Part shown: positions 1-10,821 of the stretch, in pieces
Layout of the letters: every line of letters begins with the position of its first letter
Position numbering within the stretch: position 1 is the first letter of the stretch
NCBI RefSeq assembly: GCF_009914755.1
Contig: NC_060929.1
Source: the human T2T-CHM13v2.0 reference genome, Homo sapiens
Direction: 5' to 3' (one strand)
Length of the DNA: 64,000 nucleotides
Notes under the pieces: model-generated
Told to the model about the DNA's origin: nothing
Database searches by the model: none
What the model saw: the letters and a program-made list of their open reading frames with translations, nothing else
Program-made: the position numbers and the translations under genes

Positions 1-450
1 AATATCACTTTATGCCACTAGACTATGGCCAGCTACTCCCCGCCCAAGCCCACAAGCTGAAGGGCCTCTCTTAACATATCCTTAGGTTTTTGATGGGGAT
101 TTTTAGTCAAGGCATATTAGTTTTTATTCCAAATGCATTTATTTGAGAGGAAATACATGTTCATAGAAAGGTAACAAAAAGCTACAAAAGGACATAATGT
201 GAAAAGTGTGTGTTTCAACCATCCTGTGCTCAGAATCCAGTTTCCCACTCCAGAGCTCATCATTATTACCCTTTTCTTATTCTATTTTCTGGGGATATTC
301 TATATACAAGCAAAACTACATGGATAAAGACCTGGCTTTTATTCTTGTTGTCTTTGGTTTCTTTTCTTCTTTTTTATGTGTATGAATGCTATTTACTTTA
401 AAGATTTTTCATTTAACAAAATATCTTGCATGGAAATTCTTATAGACCTG

Positions 451-829
451 TGTATTAGTCCTGCCTCTCCAGAGAAACAGAACCAATAGGATATGTGTGT
501 GTGTGTGTGTGTGCACGCACATGTGCATGCGTGCATGTATATTTATTATAAAAAAATTGGCTGACACCATTGTGGAAGCTGAGAAGTTCCAAAATCTGCA
601 GTTGGCAAGCTGGAGACCCAGGAGAGCTGATTGATAAGTTCTAGTCTGAAAGCTGGCAGGCTCAAGACCCAAGAAGAGCTGAGGTTTCAGTCTGAGTCTG
701 AAGGGCAGAAAAAAACAATGTTCCAGCTAAGCATGCAGGTAGGAGGAATTCCCCCTTACCCATGGGGAAAATTTTTTTTGCTCAGCCTTTTTGTTTAATT
801 CAGGCCTTCACATGATTGGATGAGGCCTG
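451..829 (-). mobile_element. MLT2-family (ERVL) LTR, partial, with internal (TG)n
   Basis: Starts TGTATTAGTC...CTCCAGAGAAACAGAACCAATAGGATATG(TG)n and includes GCTGGAGACCCAGGAGAGCTG and TTCAGGCCTTCA..TGATTGGATGAGGCC, all typical of reverse-strand MLT2. Confidence 0.8.
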
Positions 830-1170
830 TGACTTTTCCAGCTTCTTGAGCTTCATTCCTGGCATTATTTGGCTCATGGATCATTCTTCCATCTTCAGAG
901 CCATCAGGATAGCATCTTCAAATTCTCTCTGCTTTGTTATCACATTCTCTGCTCTTCTGTCTCTGTGTCAAATCTCCCTCTGTCTCCTTCTTATGAAGAC
1001 ACTTGTGATTATAGTTAGAGTCCGCCTGATATCCAAGATAATGTTCTCATCTCAATATCCTTAATTCAATCACATCTGCAAATTTCATTTTGTCATATAA
1101 GGTAACAGTCAGAGGTTCCATAGATTAGGACCTGGATATCTTTGGGGGCCCATTATTTAGCTTGCCACAC
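830..1170 (-). mobile_element. MLT1C/D-type MaLR LTR fragment
   Basis: AAATCTCCCTCTG..CTTATGAAGACACTTGTGATT..CACATCTGCAAA..TAAGGTAACA..GGGGGCCCATTATTTAGCTTGCCACA matches the reverse of an MLT1 5' end. Confidence 0.75.
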
Positions 1171-2848
1171 AGTCTAACTTTGTTTTAGTTTTATCCTTGC
1201 TCTACCTTCCCATCCTCTGAAAATGATGATGTTGATATTGCTGCAGAAGAAATAGAAGGGAACATGATTCACATCTGATTTCATAGACTCTCCTGTTTCA
1301 TTATCTTTCTCAATTTGGAGAGTTACAATTGTTTTCTACTCTAGAATCTTTGGTCATGCTATAAATATTAATAGAGAGCCTATTATAGTGCTAGAAATAT
1401 AGCAAAACAGACATGCAGCCTACCTAACCTTATGGGGCATATAGGAGAGAAACATAATAAAATAATCATGCAAATGTAGGGCTATGAAAGATAACTGCAG
1501 ACAACTTTGAGCATGTAGAGTAGGTGCTTTATATTCCAACATAATGTTTTGTATATAATGGGGATGTTACAACACTGGGGAGATATTATGATATTTGTCC
1601 GCTTCCCCCCAGGGATGTGGCAAAATTCTTCATAATTGTGCTTAAACTTATCTGGGAGTAGGAAACTCACATTGGTATGTAGGAACAGGGTTGTTACTGG
1701 TGAAAGAAATTCTTACAAGGGCCCTATCTAAACAGAAATCAAGCAGGGGGAACACAACTCCTCCAAACAAAGAAATATTTCCCCTGAGAAAATATTTTGA
1801 TGGAACAAGTTATTACATTTTCTTAGAAACTCTGAGCAGAGGATGAGGTTGGTTTCTGTTGCTTTATATGTGATGAATTTAAGTTTAAGGAATGGTTCAT
1901 GCTGGGCCTAGGATTAGCATCAAAGTGAATTGGAATTTGTGCCTTAGGAATAATGCTATCAGGGAGAGAAATGATACTTTTAAGCCATTTTTTCTAAGAT
2001 TGCCTCAAGAAATGAAAATGCTACTTTCATATATCATTGCTACATGTACCCAGTGAAAAAGAAGTTTGTTATTTATCTATCTCCTTCTAAAACCTGGGAT
2101 AATGGTTTAAAAAGGATTGCTAGATCAAAGCAGACCTACACTGTTGCTATACCTTACTGAATAAAAATACTTTCACACTGCAGTAATTTCACACTGGGGG
2201 CGAGGAAGTAATCTGTTCTACTTTTTAAAATGAATGCTTTCCCACTAGTGCTCCAAAAGTGCTCATTTAGAGTGTCTTTGACATAACACCTGTTGTGATT
2301 GGTGAAAATCCTTCAGATATTTGAAGGTAGTTATGTCCTCATTAAAACTTATCTTTTGCATTAAGCCTTATCTTTTAAATAACACTTATTTCAGCTAACA
2401 GTTCTGAGTACCTACTGTGTACCAAGCTATAGGTTAAGGCCAAGTGTTGGCTCAGAAAGATAGTATGATAATAAGGATATAATAGGAAGTGTGGAGCCCC
2501 AACAGAGGGACGAACCACATACTCTTAAGTGGATCAAAGAAGTCTTCACAGAGGAGATGATGCTGGGGCTGGGTTTTGAACAATGAGTAGGAGTCTATGG
2601 GGGGAAATAGATGAAGGGCACTTTAGTTAACAAGAAGAGCATGGAGAGTTACACAGCACATGGTGTTCCAAACCATACATGGGGAAGAACAGGTTTTTTT
2701 CTCTTCAGGTCATTCTTCAAAGAGTAATGCCTTTTCAATGATTTATATGTTAGTGTGATGGTAGTAAGGCTTTGATGAAGAGACATTAGGGAAATCAGAG
2801 AAAAAAGTAAAACTAGTAGGCATGAGGAGAAAAAGTAAAACTAGGAGG

Positions 2849-3200
2849 TGTGTTAGTTCTGTGTGACAAGAAGCAGATGTCAAGATGTGATTAGATATGC
2901 AAGAAATTTCATGGAGGAGGAAGCAGGAGGCGGAAGGAGCCTTCAGACCATGATGCAGCTCTTCCACCTGTGAAAGAGGGGAGAAGGAAGAATCCCATAC
3001 TGCAGCACAGTTCCAAGAAAATTTTGGCCAGGCTGATGGGAAGATGTCAAGCCAAAGTTGCCCTTAGATGAGTCCTGCCTCCTTTTGGAATGAGTCTGCC
3101 TCAGCATCCTCACCTTGTTTGGGCTGGGAGCAGCCAGAGATTGTGGCCTCACATAAAGGAAGTGGTGAATCTGAAGGAACAGCAGCAGGAGTTGCCCCTG
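2849..3200 (-). mobile_element. Old MLT1 (K/L-type) MaLR LTR
   Basis: TGTGTTAGTT..AGAAGCAGATGTCAAGATGTGATTAG..CTTCAGACCATGATGCAG pattern of old MLT1 LTRs. Confidence 0.55.
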
Positions 3201-3704
3201 CAGAAGGAGGTCTGAATGGCATACTTTCATGGCTGCAGAGGAAGGTAACTCCTACAAGCAGTGGTTCAGGTCTTACCTATTTGGCCTGCACTTTGCCCTC
3301 CATACTCACTTCTTTGACAGTAGGACTGATTTACAGTTCCAATCATATCCACAGGAAGTGCAAAAAATTAGTTATGTGGGGAACGTAGAGTACAGAGTGG
3401 AGCAGAAGTGAGGTTGGTCATGAAAAAAAGGTTCAGATAGTGGAGGGCATCAGAGTTTATGCTAGGGAGTTTGGACTTGATCTTATAGACAGTGGGGTTT
3501 AAAGCAGAAGAACAACGTTATATGTGACTTTCGAGAAAATTACTTTGCTTATAGTGAGGAAAGTGGATTGAAGTGATGCAATACTGAAACAAAGACCACT
3601 TGGGAGGCTTTTGCAATTGTCCAAGTAAAGGATACTGAAAGCCAAATAAGTCAGGGTTGATGGAGAGAAAAGAATGGACTTGTCATAGAAATTGATATGA
3701 TTGA

Positions 3705-3834
3705 GGCTAGGCGTGGTGGCTCACACCTGTAATTCTAGCACTTTGGGAGGCTGAGGTGGGAGGACTGCTTGAGGCCAAGAGTTCAAACCAACCTGGCCAA
3801 GGTAGCAAGATCCTGTCTCTAAAAGAAAAAAAAA
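3705..3834 (+). mobile_element. Free left Alu monomer (FLAM-like)
   Basis: GGCTAGGCGTGGTGGCTCACACCTGTAATTCTAGCACTTTGGGAGGC...GATCCTGTCTCT then an A-rich tail; single arm only. Confidence 0.85.
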
Positions 3835-4029
3835 TGATAGGAGTGAGAGTTCAATAGTCAATAGTGGGATGGGTGGTGGTATAGGGTGATCTCTAGGTTT
3901 CTAACCTGGCAGGGAGGGATGATAGTGTCAGTAATGAATATGGTACAGCACATATTGGAAGAGAAACACATGGAGTAAGGAGTGAATAGTAAGTTAAATT
4001 TTGGACATATTGAATTACATGTACTATGC

Positions 4030-6400
4030 TTCTTTATATGATTTATAGACCCTTTGTGATGCTGGTTGTTCTCCTCTGGAGACACTTCAATGCACATCTC
4101 AAATGTGTTGTGGATCACAGTAAATCTAGTCCTGGGTGTGATCAAAGCTCAGGAGAATGACAGCCACATTTCTTTTAATTCAGCCAAAGCCTCCATTAGC
4201 CCTTTGGCAGCAGGCTCATGCTGTGGGCTTATTTTGAGCTTGCCATCCACTCAAGCCCTGAGGTCTTTTTCACATGAACTGTTTTTAAGGCAATTCTTTA
4301 CTCTGTATATTTCCAGTTGATTTTTTTTTTTAAAATCTTAGGTGTAATACTTTTCATTTGCTCCATTAAATTTTATCTTGCGAGTTTGGATACATTATTA
4401 CAGCCTATCAAAAATTATTCTAAAATGTTGATTCTCTTAGTCTTTTTATTTGTGATACCTTTAAACTTTGCGATATCTTTGTCTTTGAAAAATATATTTT
4501 ATCATGATCACTGATAGAAACAGAACAGGACTACTTGAGAGCATCATATGACTCAAGCCCTTCTTATTTGACAGACATCTACTAGGTACCTCTTTTGGGG
4601 AACACTTTTTTCTTTTCTTTTTTTTTTTAGTATTTATTGATCATTCTTGGGTGTTTCTCGGACAGGGGGATGTGGCAGGGTCATAGGATAATAGTGGAGA
4701 GAAGGTCAGCAGATAAACACATGAACAAAGGTCTCTGGTTTTCCTAGGCAGAGGTCCCTGCGGCCTTCCGCAGTGTTTGTGTCCCTGGGTACTTGAGATT
4801 AGAGAGTGGTGATGACTCTTAATGAGCATGCTGCCTTCAAGCATCTGTTTAACAAAGCACATCTTGCACTGCCCTTAATCCATTTAACCCTGAGTTGACA
4901 CAGCACATGTTTCAGAGAGCATGGGGTTGGGGGTAAGGTTATAGATTAACAGCATCCCAAGGCAGAAGAATTTTTCTTAGTACAGAACAAAATGGAGTCT
5001 CCTATGTCTACTTCTTTCTACACAGACACAGTAACAATCTGATCTCTCTTTCTTTTCCCCACATTTCCCCCTTTTCTTTTCGACAAAACCGCCATCGTCA
5101 TCATGGCCCGTTCTCAATGGTCGCTGTCTCTTTGGAGCTGTTGGGTACACTTCCCAGACGGGGCGGCTGGGCAGAGGCACTCCTCACTTGCCATTCGGGG
5201 CGGCCGGGCAGAGACGCTCTTCAGTTCCTAGATGGGGTGGCGGTCAGGCAGAGGCGCTCCTCACTTCCCATTCAGGGCAGCTGGGCAGAGGCACTCCTCA
5301 CTTCCTTCCAGAGGGGGTGGCGGGGCAGAGGCACTCCTCACATCCCAGACGATGGGCGGCCAGGCAGAGATGCTCCTCATTTCCTAGACAGGGTGGCGGC
5401 CTGGCAGAGGTGCTCCTCACTTCCCAGATGGGGTGGCTGGGCAGAGGGGCTCCTCACATCCCAGACAATGGGCAGCCAGGCAGAGACGCTGCTCACTTCC
5501 TAGACGGGGTGGCGGGTGGGCAGAGGCTGTAATCTTAGCACTTTGGGAGGCCAAGGCAGGCGGCTGGGAGGTGGAGGTTGTAGCAAGCGGAGATCACGCC
5601 ACTGCACTCCAGCCTGGGCAACATTGAGCACTGAGTGAGTGAGACTCCGTCTGCAATCCCAGCACCTCGGGAGGCCAAGGGGGGCAGATCACCCGAGGCC
5701 AGGAGCTGGAGACCAGGCCAGTCAACAAGGCGAAACCCTGTCTCCACCAAAAGTACAAAAATCAGTCAGGAGTGGCGGCGCGTGCCTGGAATCCCAGGCA
5801 CTCGGCAGGCCGAGGCAGGAGAATCATGGGAGCCCGAGGCAGAGAGGTTGCAGTGAGCCGAGATCATGGCAGTACAGTCCAGGCTCGGCAAGAGAGGGAG
5901 ACCGTAGAAGGAAAGGGGAGAGGGAGATGGAGAGGGAGAGCCATTTTTTTCAACTAACGAAATTTATTCATCATGATTTTAAGAATATTAAGACAGACAT
6001 TTCCAATGTGTTGTTGAATTCAGATGGCCTGTGTCTCCAGAATTTCCCTGATCTGTCATTTTAGTGACCTTATCAGAAGGCACGATTTGTCCATAAGGAG
6101 CCTGGGTTGGTCCTCAATACTTATCACTTTCTTTTCTGAGTTCATAAACTCTGTTTAGACATGACTTGCTGTGGTTTGATGTCAGACTCATGAGGATATC
6201 ATTTTCATAATCTTCTTTTACCTGTTTTTGAAAATAAGAACGTTGACCTTTTCAAGTCTATTGACCCTAATCCCAGTCTTATGCACTTTCCCCTGCAGAG
6301 ATAAGTGCCAGTGTCTTAGCTATTGTATCTGTAGGTTCATTTGCAACTCAGCATAATATACTAATGAAAGGTTGATTAACCTTCCTGGGCAGAAATCCTT
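4030..6400 (-). mobile_element. Ancient CR1/L3 LINE remnant, split by the SVA
   Basis: CATTAGCCCTTTGGCAGC..TTTGAGCTTG and TCTTTTTCACATGAACTG resemble the reverse CR1/L3 RT region, and similar degenerate sequence resumes after 5951. Boundaries are approximate. Confidence 0.5.
4606..5941 (-). mobile_element. SVA retrotransposon, SVA_A-like, complete domain structure
   Basis: Poly(T) 4606-4628, SINE-R (HERV-K env/LTR-derived) ~4629-5147, GC-rich VNTR (GGCAGAGGCxCTCCTCACTTCC units) ~5148-5527, Alu-like domain ~5528-5895, degenerate (GGGAGA)n hexamer ~5895-5940. Probable TSD CACTTTTTTC (4603-4612) / CATTTTTTTC (5942-5951). Confidence 0.97.
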
Positions 6401-6419
6401 GCTGTGAAACTTCTAGCAG

Positions 6420-6575
6420 CTGATAGTTACCCCTCTGAACTCCTAATCCTTACCTGTGAAATGTGGCTAATAATAATGCCTATCAAATATGTTGTGAAGA
6501 TTTAGTGAGTTAATCTGGGCAAAGGATTTAGAATAGTGCCTCTCATGTAGTGGACACTCAGTAGATTTAACTTTG
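6420..6575 (+). mobile_element. MIR fragment
   Basis: CTGTGAAATGTGGCTAATAATAATGCCTA..TTGTGAAGATTTAGTGAGTTAAT..TTAGAATAGTGCCT core MIR. Confidence 0.7.
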
Positions 6576-6738
6576 TTATTGTTCTAGAATGTTATTTGGG
6601 TGGGCCTGATGTCCTGCTATCTTAACTATTTCCTCAATCTGTCATCTCTCCAATTCCCTATTAAGCATGATTATTCTCTTCTTTAGAGTTTGAAGACTGT
6701 TCTTTTGATAAAGAAGATAGAGTTTTTTTTTTTTTTTT

Positions 6739-7061
6739 CAGTTGCGAGATTTAATAGAGTGAAGACAGAGCTCCCATACAAAGGGAGGGGACCCAAAGAG
6801 GGTAGCCGTTGCTGGCTTGAATGCCTGGGTTTATATCCAATCATTGTCCCTCCCGCTGTGTTCTCAGGCAATAGATGGTTGGCTATTTCTTTACCTCCTG
6901 TTTTTGCCTAATTAGCATTTTAGTGAGCTCTCTTTACTCTCTGATTGGTTGAGTGTGAGCTAAGTTGCAAGCCCCGTGTTTAAAGGTGGAAGCGGTCACC
7001 TTCCCAGCTAGGCTTAGGGATTCTTAGTTGGCCTAGGGAATCCAGGTAGTCCTGTCTCTCA
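6739..7061 (-). promoter_or_regulatory. HERV-W LTR17 U3-R (3' LTR lacking U5)
   Basis: Begins TGAGAGACAGGACTA (7061) after the purine tract at 7062-7073. CCAAT 6944-6948, octamer-like ATGCTAAT 6911-6918, GGATATAAA 6830-6838, ATTAAA 6750-6755. Confidence 0.93.
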
Positions 7062-7119
7062 GTCCTCCCTCTCAACAGGAAAACCCAAGTGCTGTGGGGG
7101 AGGTTGGCCGATGACCGCT

Positions 7120-8739
7120 CTAACTGCTTCCTGCTGAATTGGAGTGTAGTAGGGGTTGTGCAGTTGAGATTTCCTTGGGAGGCATGCCTTTGATGTCATT
7201 AACATCAGAGCATGGGCTAGCAGGCCGGTCCAGGGGTCCGCAGTAGATCTTGGTCATGGACTGCATCAGGGGCTCCATTTGAAGAACGATTTGTAGTTTT
7301 ACAGCTCTGATTCTGGAAGAGACAAAGTTAACAAGGAGGTTAAAGATACAGGGTCCAAAGAGGAGTAGCAATATTATAGCTGCTAGAGGTCCTAAGAAGG
7401 GGAGAATCCAGGGCATCCATTGGCTGAGGAGGCCAGGGTCCAGTGTTTTGAAGCTCCTCTGCTCTATGTTGTATTCAATCTTGAATTTCTTTAACTTTAT
7501 TGGTGATGATTCTGGATTGATTAACATAATAACAGCATTCTTCCCCTAAAAATAAACAGGTTCCCCCTCTTTCAGCGGTTAGCAAGTCTAAAGCTCTTTG
7601 GTTTTGAAGGACTACTACAGCTAGGGAGTTAAGTTGATCTTGCAAGGTGACTAGGGAGTCGGTGACCTGTTCCATGTCACCATTTAGTTCTTGAGATAGT
7701 TTGTAGTAGAACCGAGTAGAGGTTGTGATACTGCCAATGCCAGTACCTAGTCCACCTAGCACTCCTGCTCTGATAACAAAAGGAAGAATGGGTACTCTTT
7801 TGTTGTGGGGCTTTGGTACGACATGATTGTATAAATCTTGTTCAGTGTAGATGGTCATAGGGGGCACTAAGAATGAGAGGAAGCACATAGATTTTGAAGA
7901 GCCATTCAAACGACGATAGGCTGAGGTACTACAGACAAAAAATATTCCTGAGGGTAGGCAGACTATTCGTGTGGGAGGAGTTACCCACCTGATGCATTGG
8001 GAATTGGTTGTGTCTATAGTATTGCTAAATTTTACACAGGTGAGGTTTGAGGTATGGGTTGTTTCCAGATTGGAAACAAGAGGTCCTACTAAAAAGGAAG
8101 TAGTATTTCTGTGCTGAAGTTGTTCCATTGTTCGGCTACAGGGATTGAAATGTGTGGCCTGAAGTGCAGGGGGAGGCACATCCAACAGTTAGTAGGGTTT
8201 TGGGCTGAGACCTCATGGAGCCCAGTGAAGGTGGTATTAAATAGGCTTACCAGGCAAGTATGGGTATGGAGGGTTTCATGTAGTTTTGAGAGATCTAGTC
8301 CTTTGTAGGGGCTAGGGGTGCTCTGTACCCGGGTCAGTTGGGAGATTACTTCCTTTACGTGTTTTTCTCTTGCCTGATCTTGAACTCCACCCCCATCAGA
8401 CAACAATATGCATGAAGTAAGTCCAACAGACAGTGGTTCCCAGTCCTCCAGAACAACTAGGATTAATCATTTTCCCTGTCCAATAATGAGTATTTGCATG
8501 CATGCAAAGAGTGGCAGAGTTATAGCAATTGCGGGACATACGGGTGTGGGCAGTGAAGGTGGGGGTTCCCTTAGATAAACTCCTATACGATGGGGCATCA
8601 ATATTTCTGGGAAGCTGCATCCTCCATAGAAACTCTTGGTAAGGGGAGCTACTGGTCGTACAGTGGCATGGGGGGGGGTGCAGTGAGTGAAAGTCGGTAA
8701 GAGGACAGTAAAGAGAAAAATATGATAAGGGAGGGCCAT
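7120..8739 (-). pseudogene. HERV-W env (syncytin-1-like), disrupted by about four frameshifts and a stop
   Basis: MALPYHIFLFTVLLP signal peptide, SDGGGVQDQAR receptor-binding motif, CWMC, HNKR at the furin site, VPILPFVI fusion peptide, LQNQRALDLLTAERGGT ISD, CLFLGEECC, TM WMPWILPFLGPL, C-terminus NSAGSS. Split over ORFs 8467-8739, 8396-8815, 8089-8406, 7475-8185 and 7120-7527. Confidence 0.96.
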
Positions 8740-8771
8740 GGGGATTTATGATTTTAGTTACTTTCCTCACT

Positions 8772-9600
8772 GTTGTCTGACAGCCACAAGTCTCCTTTAG
8801 CAGTGAGTATGCCATTCATATCATGAGATGTCCACACAGTAAGTTCTCTTCCCTGTATTAACTGCTTTAGATACTAACACTGCTACTGCCGCCACTACCC
8901 GTAAACAATGAGGCCAATCCTTTGTCACTACATCAATTTCCTTACTCAGGTATGTCACAGGTTGCAAGCTCCTCCTTCGGACCTGTGTAAGGACTCCTAG
9001 AGCTATTCCTGTTTTTTTCTGTGACATATAAAGAAAAGTCTTGCCTTGTTGGTAAGTGTAACACTGGAGCTTGGGTTAGGGCCTTCTTTAGGGCCTGGAA
9101 AGCTGCTTCTGCTTCAGGTGTCTATCTTACTAAATGGGTATTGGCTTTTTGAGTTTCCCTAATTAGTGTATATAATGGTCTGGCTGTTTCGCCATACCTG
9201 GGAATCCATATTCAGCAGAAACCTGTTATGCCAAGGAACCCTCTTAGTTGCTTTAGGGTTTTGGGATGAGGATAAGCCAGTATAGGCTGCATACGTTCCT
9301 CACTGAGGGCCCTGGTGCCTTTGGATAATTTTAGCCCTAAGCATTTATCCTGCTGCGAGCAGAGCTAAGCCTTTGGTTTGGAAACCTTATAGCCACATGT
9401 AGCGAGGAAATTTAAGAGTGCTTGGGTGGCTTGATGGCACAAGGTTTCTGAACGGGTGCTAAAATTAAATCATCCACATACTGAAGGACAAGAGTGTCCA
9501 GGTATGAGAACTGGCTCAAGTCTTGGGCTAATGCCTGGCCAAATAGATGGGGGCCATCCCTGAACCCTTGGGGTAAAACAGTCCATGTGAGTTGAGATGT
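8772..9600 (-). pseudogene. HERV-W pol fragment (RT C-terminal part/connection), disrupted
   Basis: Minus-strand LPQG (9565-9576), YVDD (9469-9480) and KTGIALGVLTQ/QPVTYLSKEID motifs; stops and frameshifts present. Confidence 0.93.
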
Positions 9601-10368
9601 GTTTTAACTGTGGAGTTAAATCAGTTGAAGGTGGGTAAATTTTATTCAAATAACTTGGTCTTCTTTTGGCTTCTATGGTACAGAATAATTTATCAATCTC
9701 TTTTCTTTCATTGGAATGGCCTAGAACTTGAATATGTTTGGGAATTAAACTAATTCCTTTTGTTTTTTGTCTCTTCTAAACTTGGCTTGTTTGCAAATGG
9801 AAGGCATCACTCCTCTGGGAGACATTACCTGGTGGCGAGGAGTACTGTTAAATATTTGGGAGTGTCAGTTCCCACATCTATAAAATGAGGACCCTGGCAG
9901 ATGATCTCTAGGGTCCCTTCCAGTAGGAACATTTTAGTGTGCAGTGATTCTGCAGATGGGTTGGCATTCCACTCTAGGTCTAGATGTGGGAAAAGTTTAG
10001 CCACAAGGGTGCTAATTCTAGATTTCCCAGGAGAAAAATATCAAGGCTTGAGGGGCAGGAAGTTCCATCAGAGGGCCTAGGAGACTTCTCATATTAAGGA
10101 ATCCTTACCAATTTGCTCTCATCCCTCAGCATCTATGCTAAGTATAGTGTCAGGAATCCTGTGATTTCTTCTTAAAACTGAGCTGAAACAATTCACTGAT
10201 TCCACAGAAGAAACATTCTCAGTATTGAAAAACCATTTCTGCATCCCAGATCTCTGTAAACCATCCACTTTAAGCAAGATTCCTTCCATTCTGTGAATAA
10301 ACAAATAGCTTTGTCCACATATCAGAGAGTCAAGGTTCCTATGCACAGTCTTGCAGAAGGGATAAGCT

Positions 10369-10821
10369 TGCCAAAGAAAAACCTGAACTTGAGAGTATTT
10401 ACAGCGGAAAAGGAATATTTGATTCAGGACTATTGTAATAGGAGAAAAGAGGCCTCAGTATAGAACTGGGCCCAATTCCAAATATGGAGTGTGCAAGTCA
10501 GGATGCACAGCCAAGGAGCAGGGTGGGTGTCAGTGGATGGAAAATTACTAAGAGAAAGCCTCGAGGATTCTGGCTAAATGTACGTGACAGGATTCTTACT
10601 GAAGGCAGGCCAGGGTCATCAGATACCAAGTGGGGAAGATGAATAATTTGGTCAGGTGTTGTGGCTAATCATATATAGAAAGTGGAGATTCTCTCTAAAC
10701 GGATTTAGCAAGATTCTTGCTAAAACTGGGCTCTTGAGAATGTGCCCAAGGATGGGGCCTAGTCAAAAAAGGCAGCTCAAAAGAGCCTGCCTAGAATTTG
10801 GTCAAGGGGAGCATCTTGTCA
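10369..10821 (-). mobile_element. MER31/MER67-family ERV1 solo LTR
   Basis: Minus strand begins TGACAAGATGCTCCCCTTGACCAAATTCTAGGCAGGCTC, with repeated CCAGTTTTAGCAAGAATC / AGCCAGAATCC motifs. Imperfect 4-bp TSD AGCT/GGCT. Confidence 0.75.

Larger units (their letters stand above)
2395..4020 (-). mobile_element. Degenerate L2 fragments interrupted by an old MLT1 LTR and an Alu monomer
   Basis: L2 motifs CTGAGTACCTACTGTGT, CTTCACAGAGGAGATGATGCTGGGGCTGGGTTTTGAA, GGAGTTTGGACTT, GGAGGCTTTTGCAATTGTCCAAG, TTTTGGACATATTGAATT. Boundaries are approximate. Confidence 0.6.
6723..9600 (-). mobile_element. HERV-W (HERV17) L1-processed pseudogene, 5'-truncated in pol RT
   Basis: A T16 tail (6723-6738) directly abuts the end of LTR17 R, with no U5 and no 5' LTR. 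ATTAAA signal at 6750-6755(-). Then U3-R, PPT, env and partial pol. The empty site reconstructs as GATAGAGTTTT|AACTG, i.e. a TT/AAAA L1 endonuclease site on the minus strand, with a short GTTTT duplication (6722-6726/9601-9605). Confidence 0.97.

Noticed and set aside
2798-2844. Direct repeat GAGAAAAA(A)GTAAAACTAG x2
   Set aside because: Short, A-rich local duplication with no tail or other structure; unremarkable slippage.
4629-5066. Homology between this segment and 33358-34385 as a local inverted duplication
   Set aside because: SVA SINE-R is known to derive from the HML-2 LTR/env, and each element has its own TSD.
5148-5527. CRISPR-like repeat array or GC-rich ORFs
   Set aside because: This is the SVA VNTR: degenerate tandem units without unique spacers. 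The ORFs are by-products of high GC content.
7120-8739. Functional syncytin-1 (ERVW-1) or other intact env gene
   Set aside because: Several frameshifts and a premature stop, processed-pseudogene structure without a 5' LTR, and the LQIV tail residues absent from ERVW-1.
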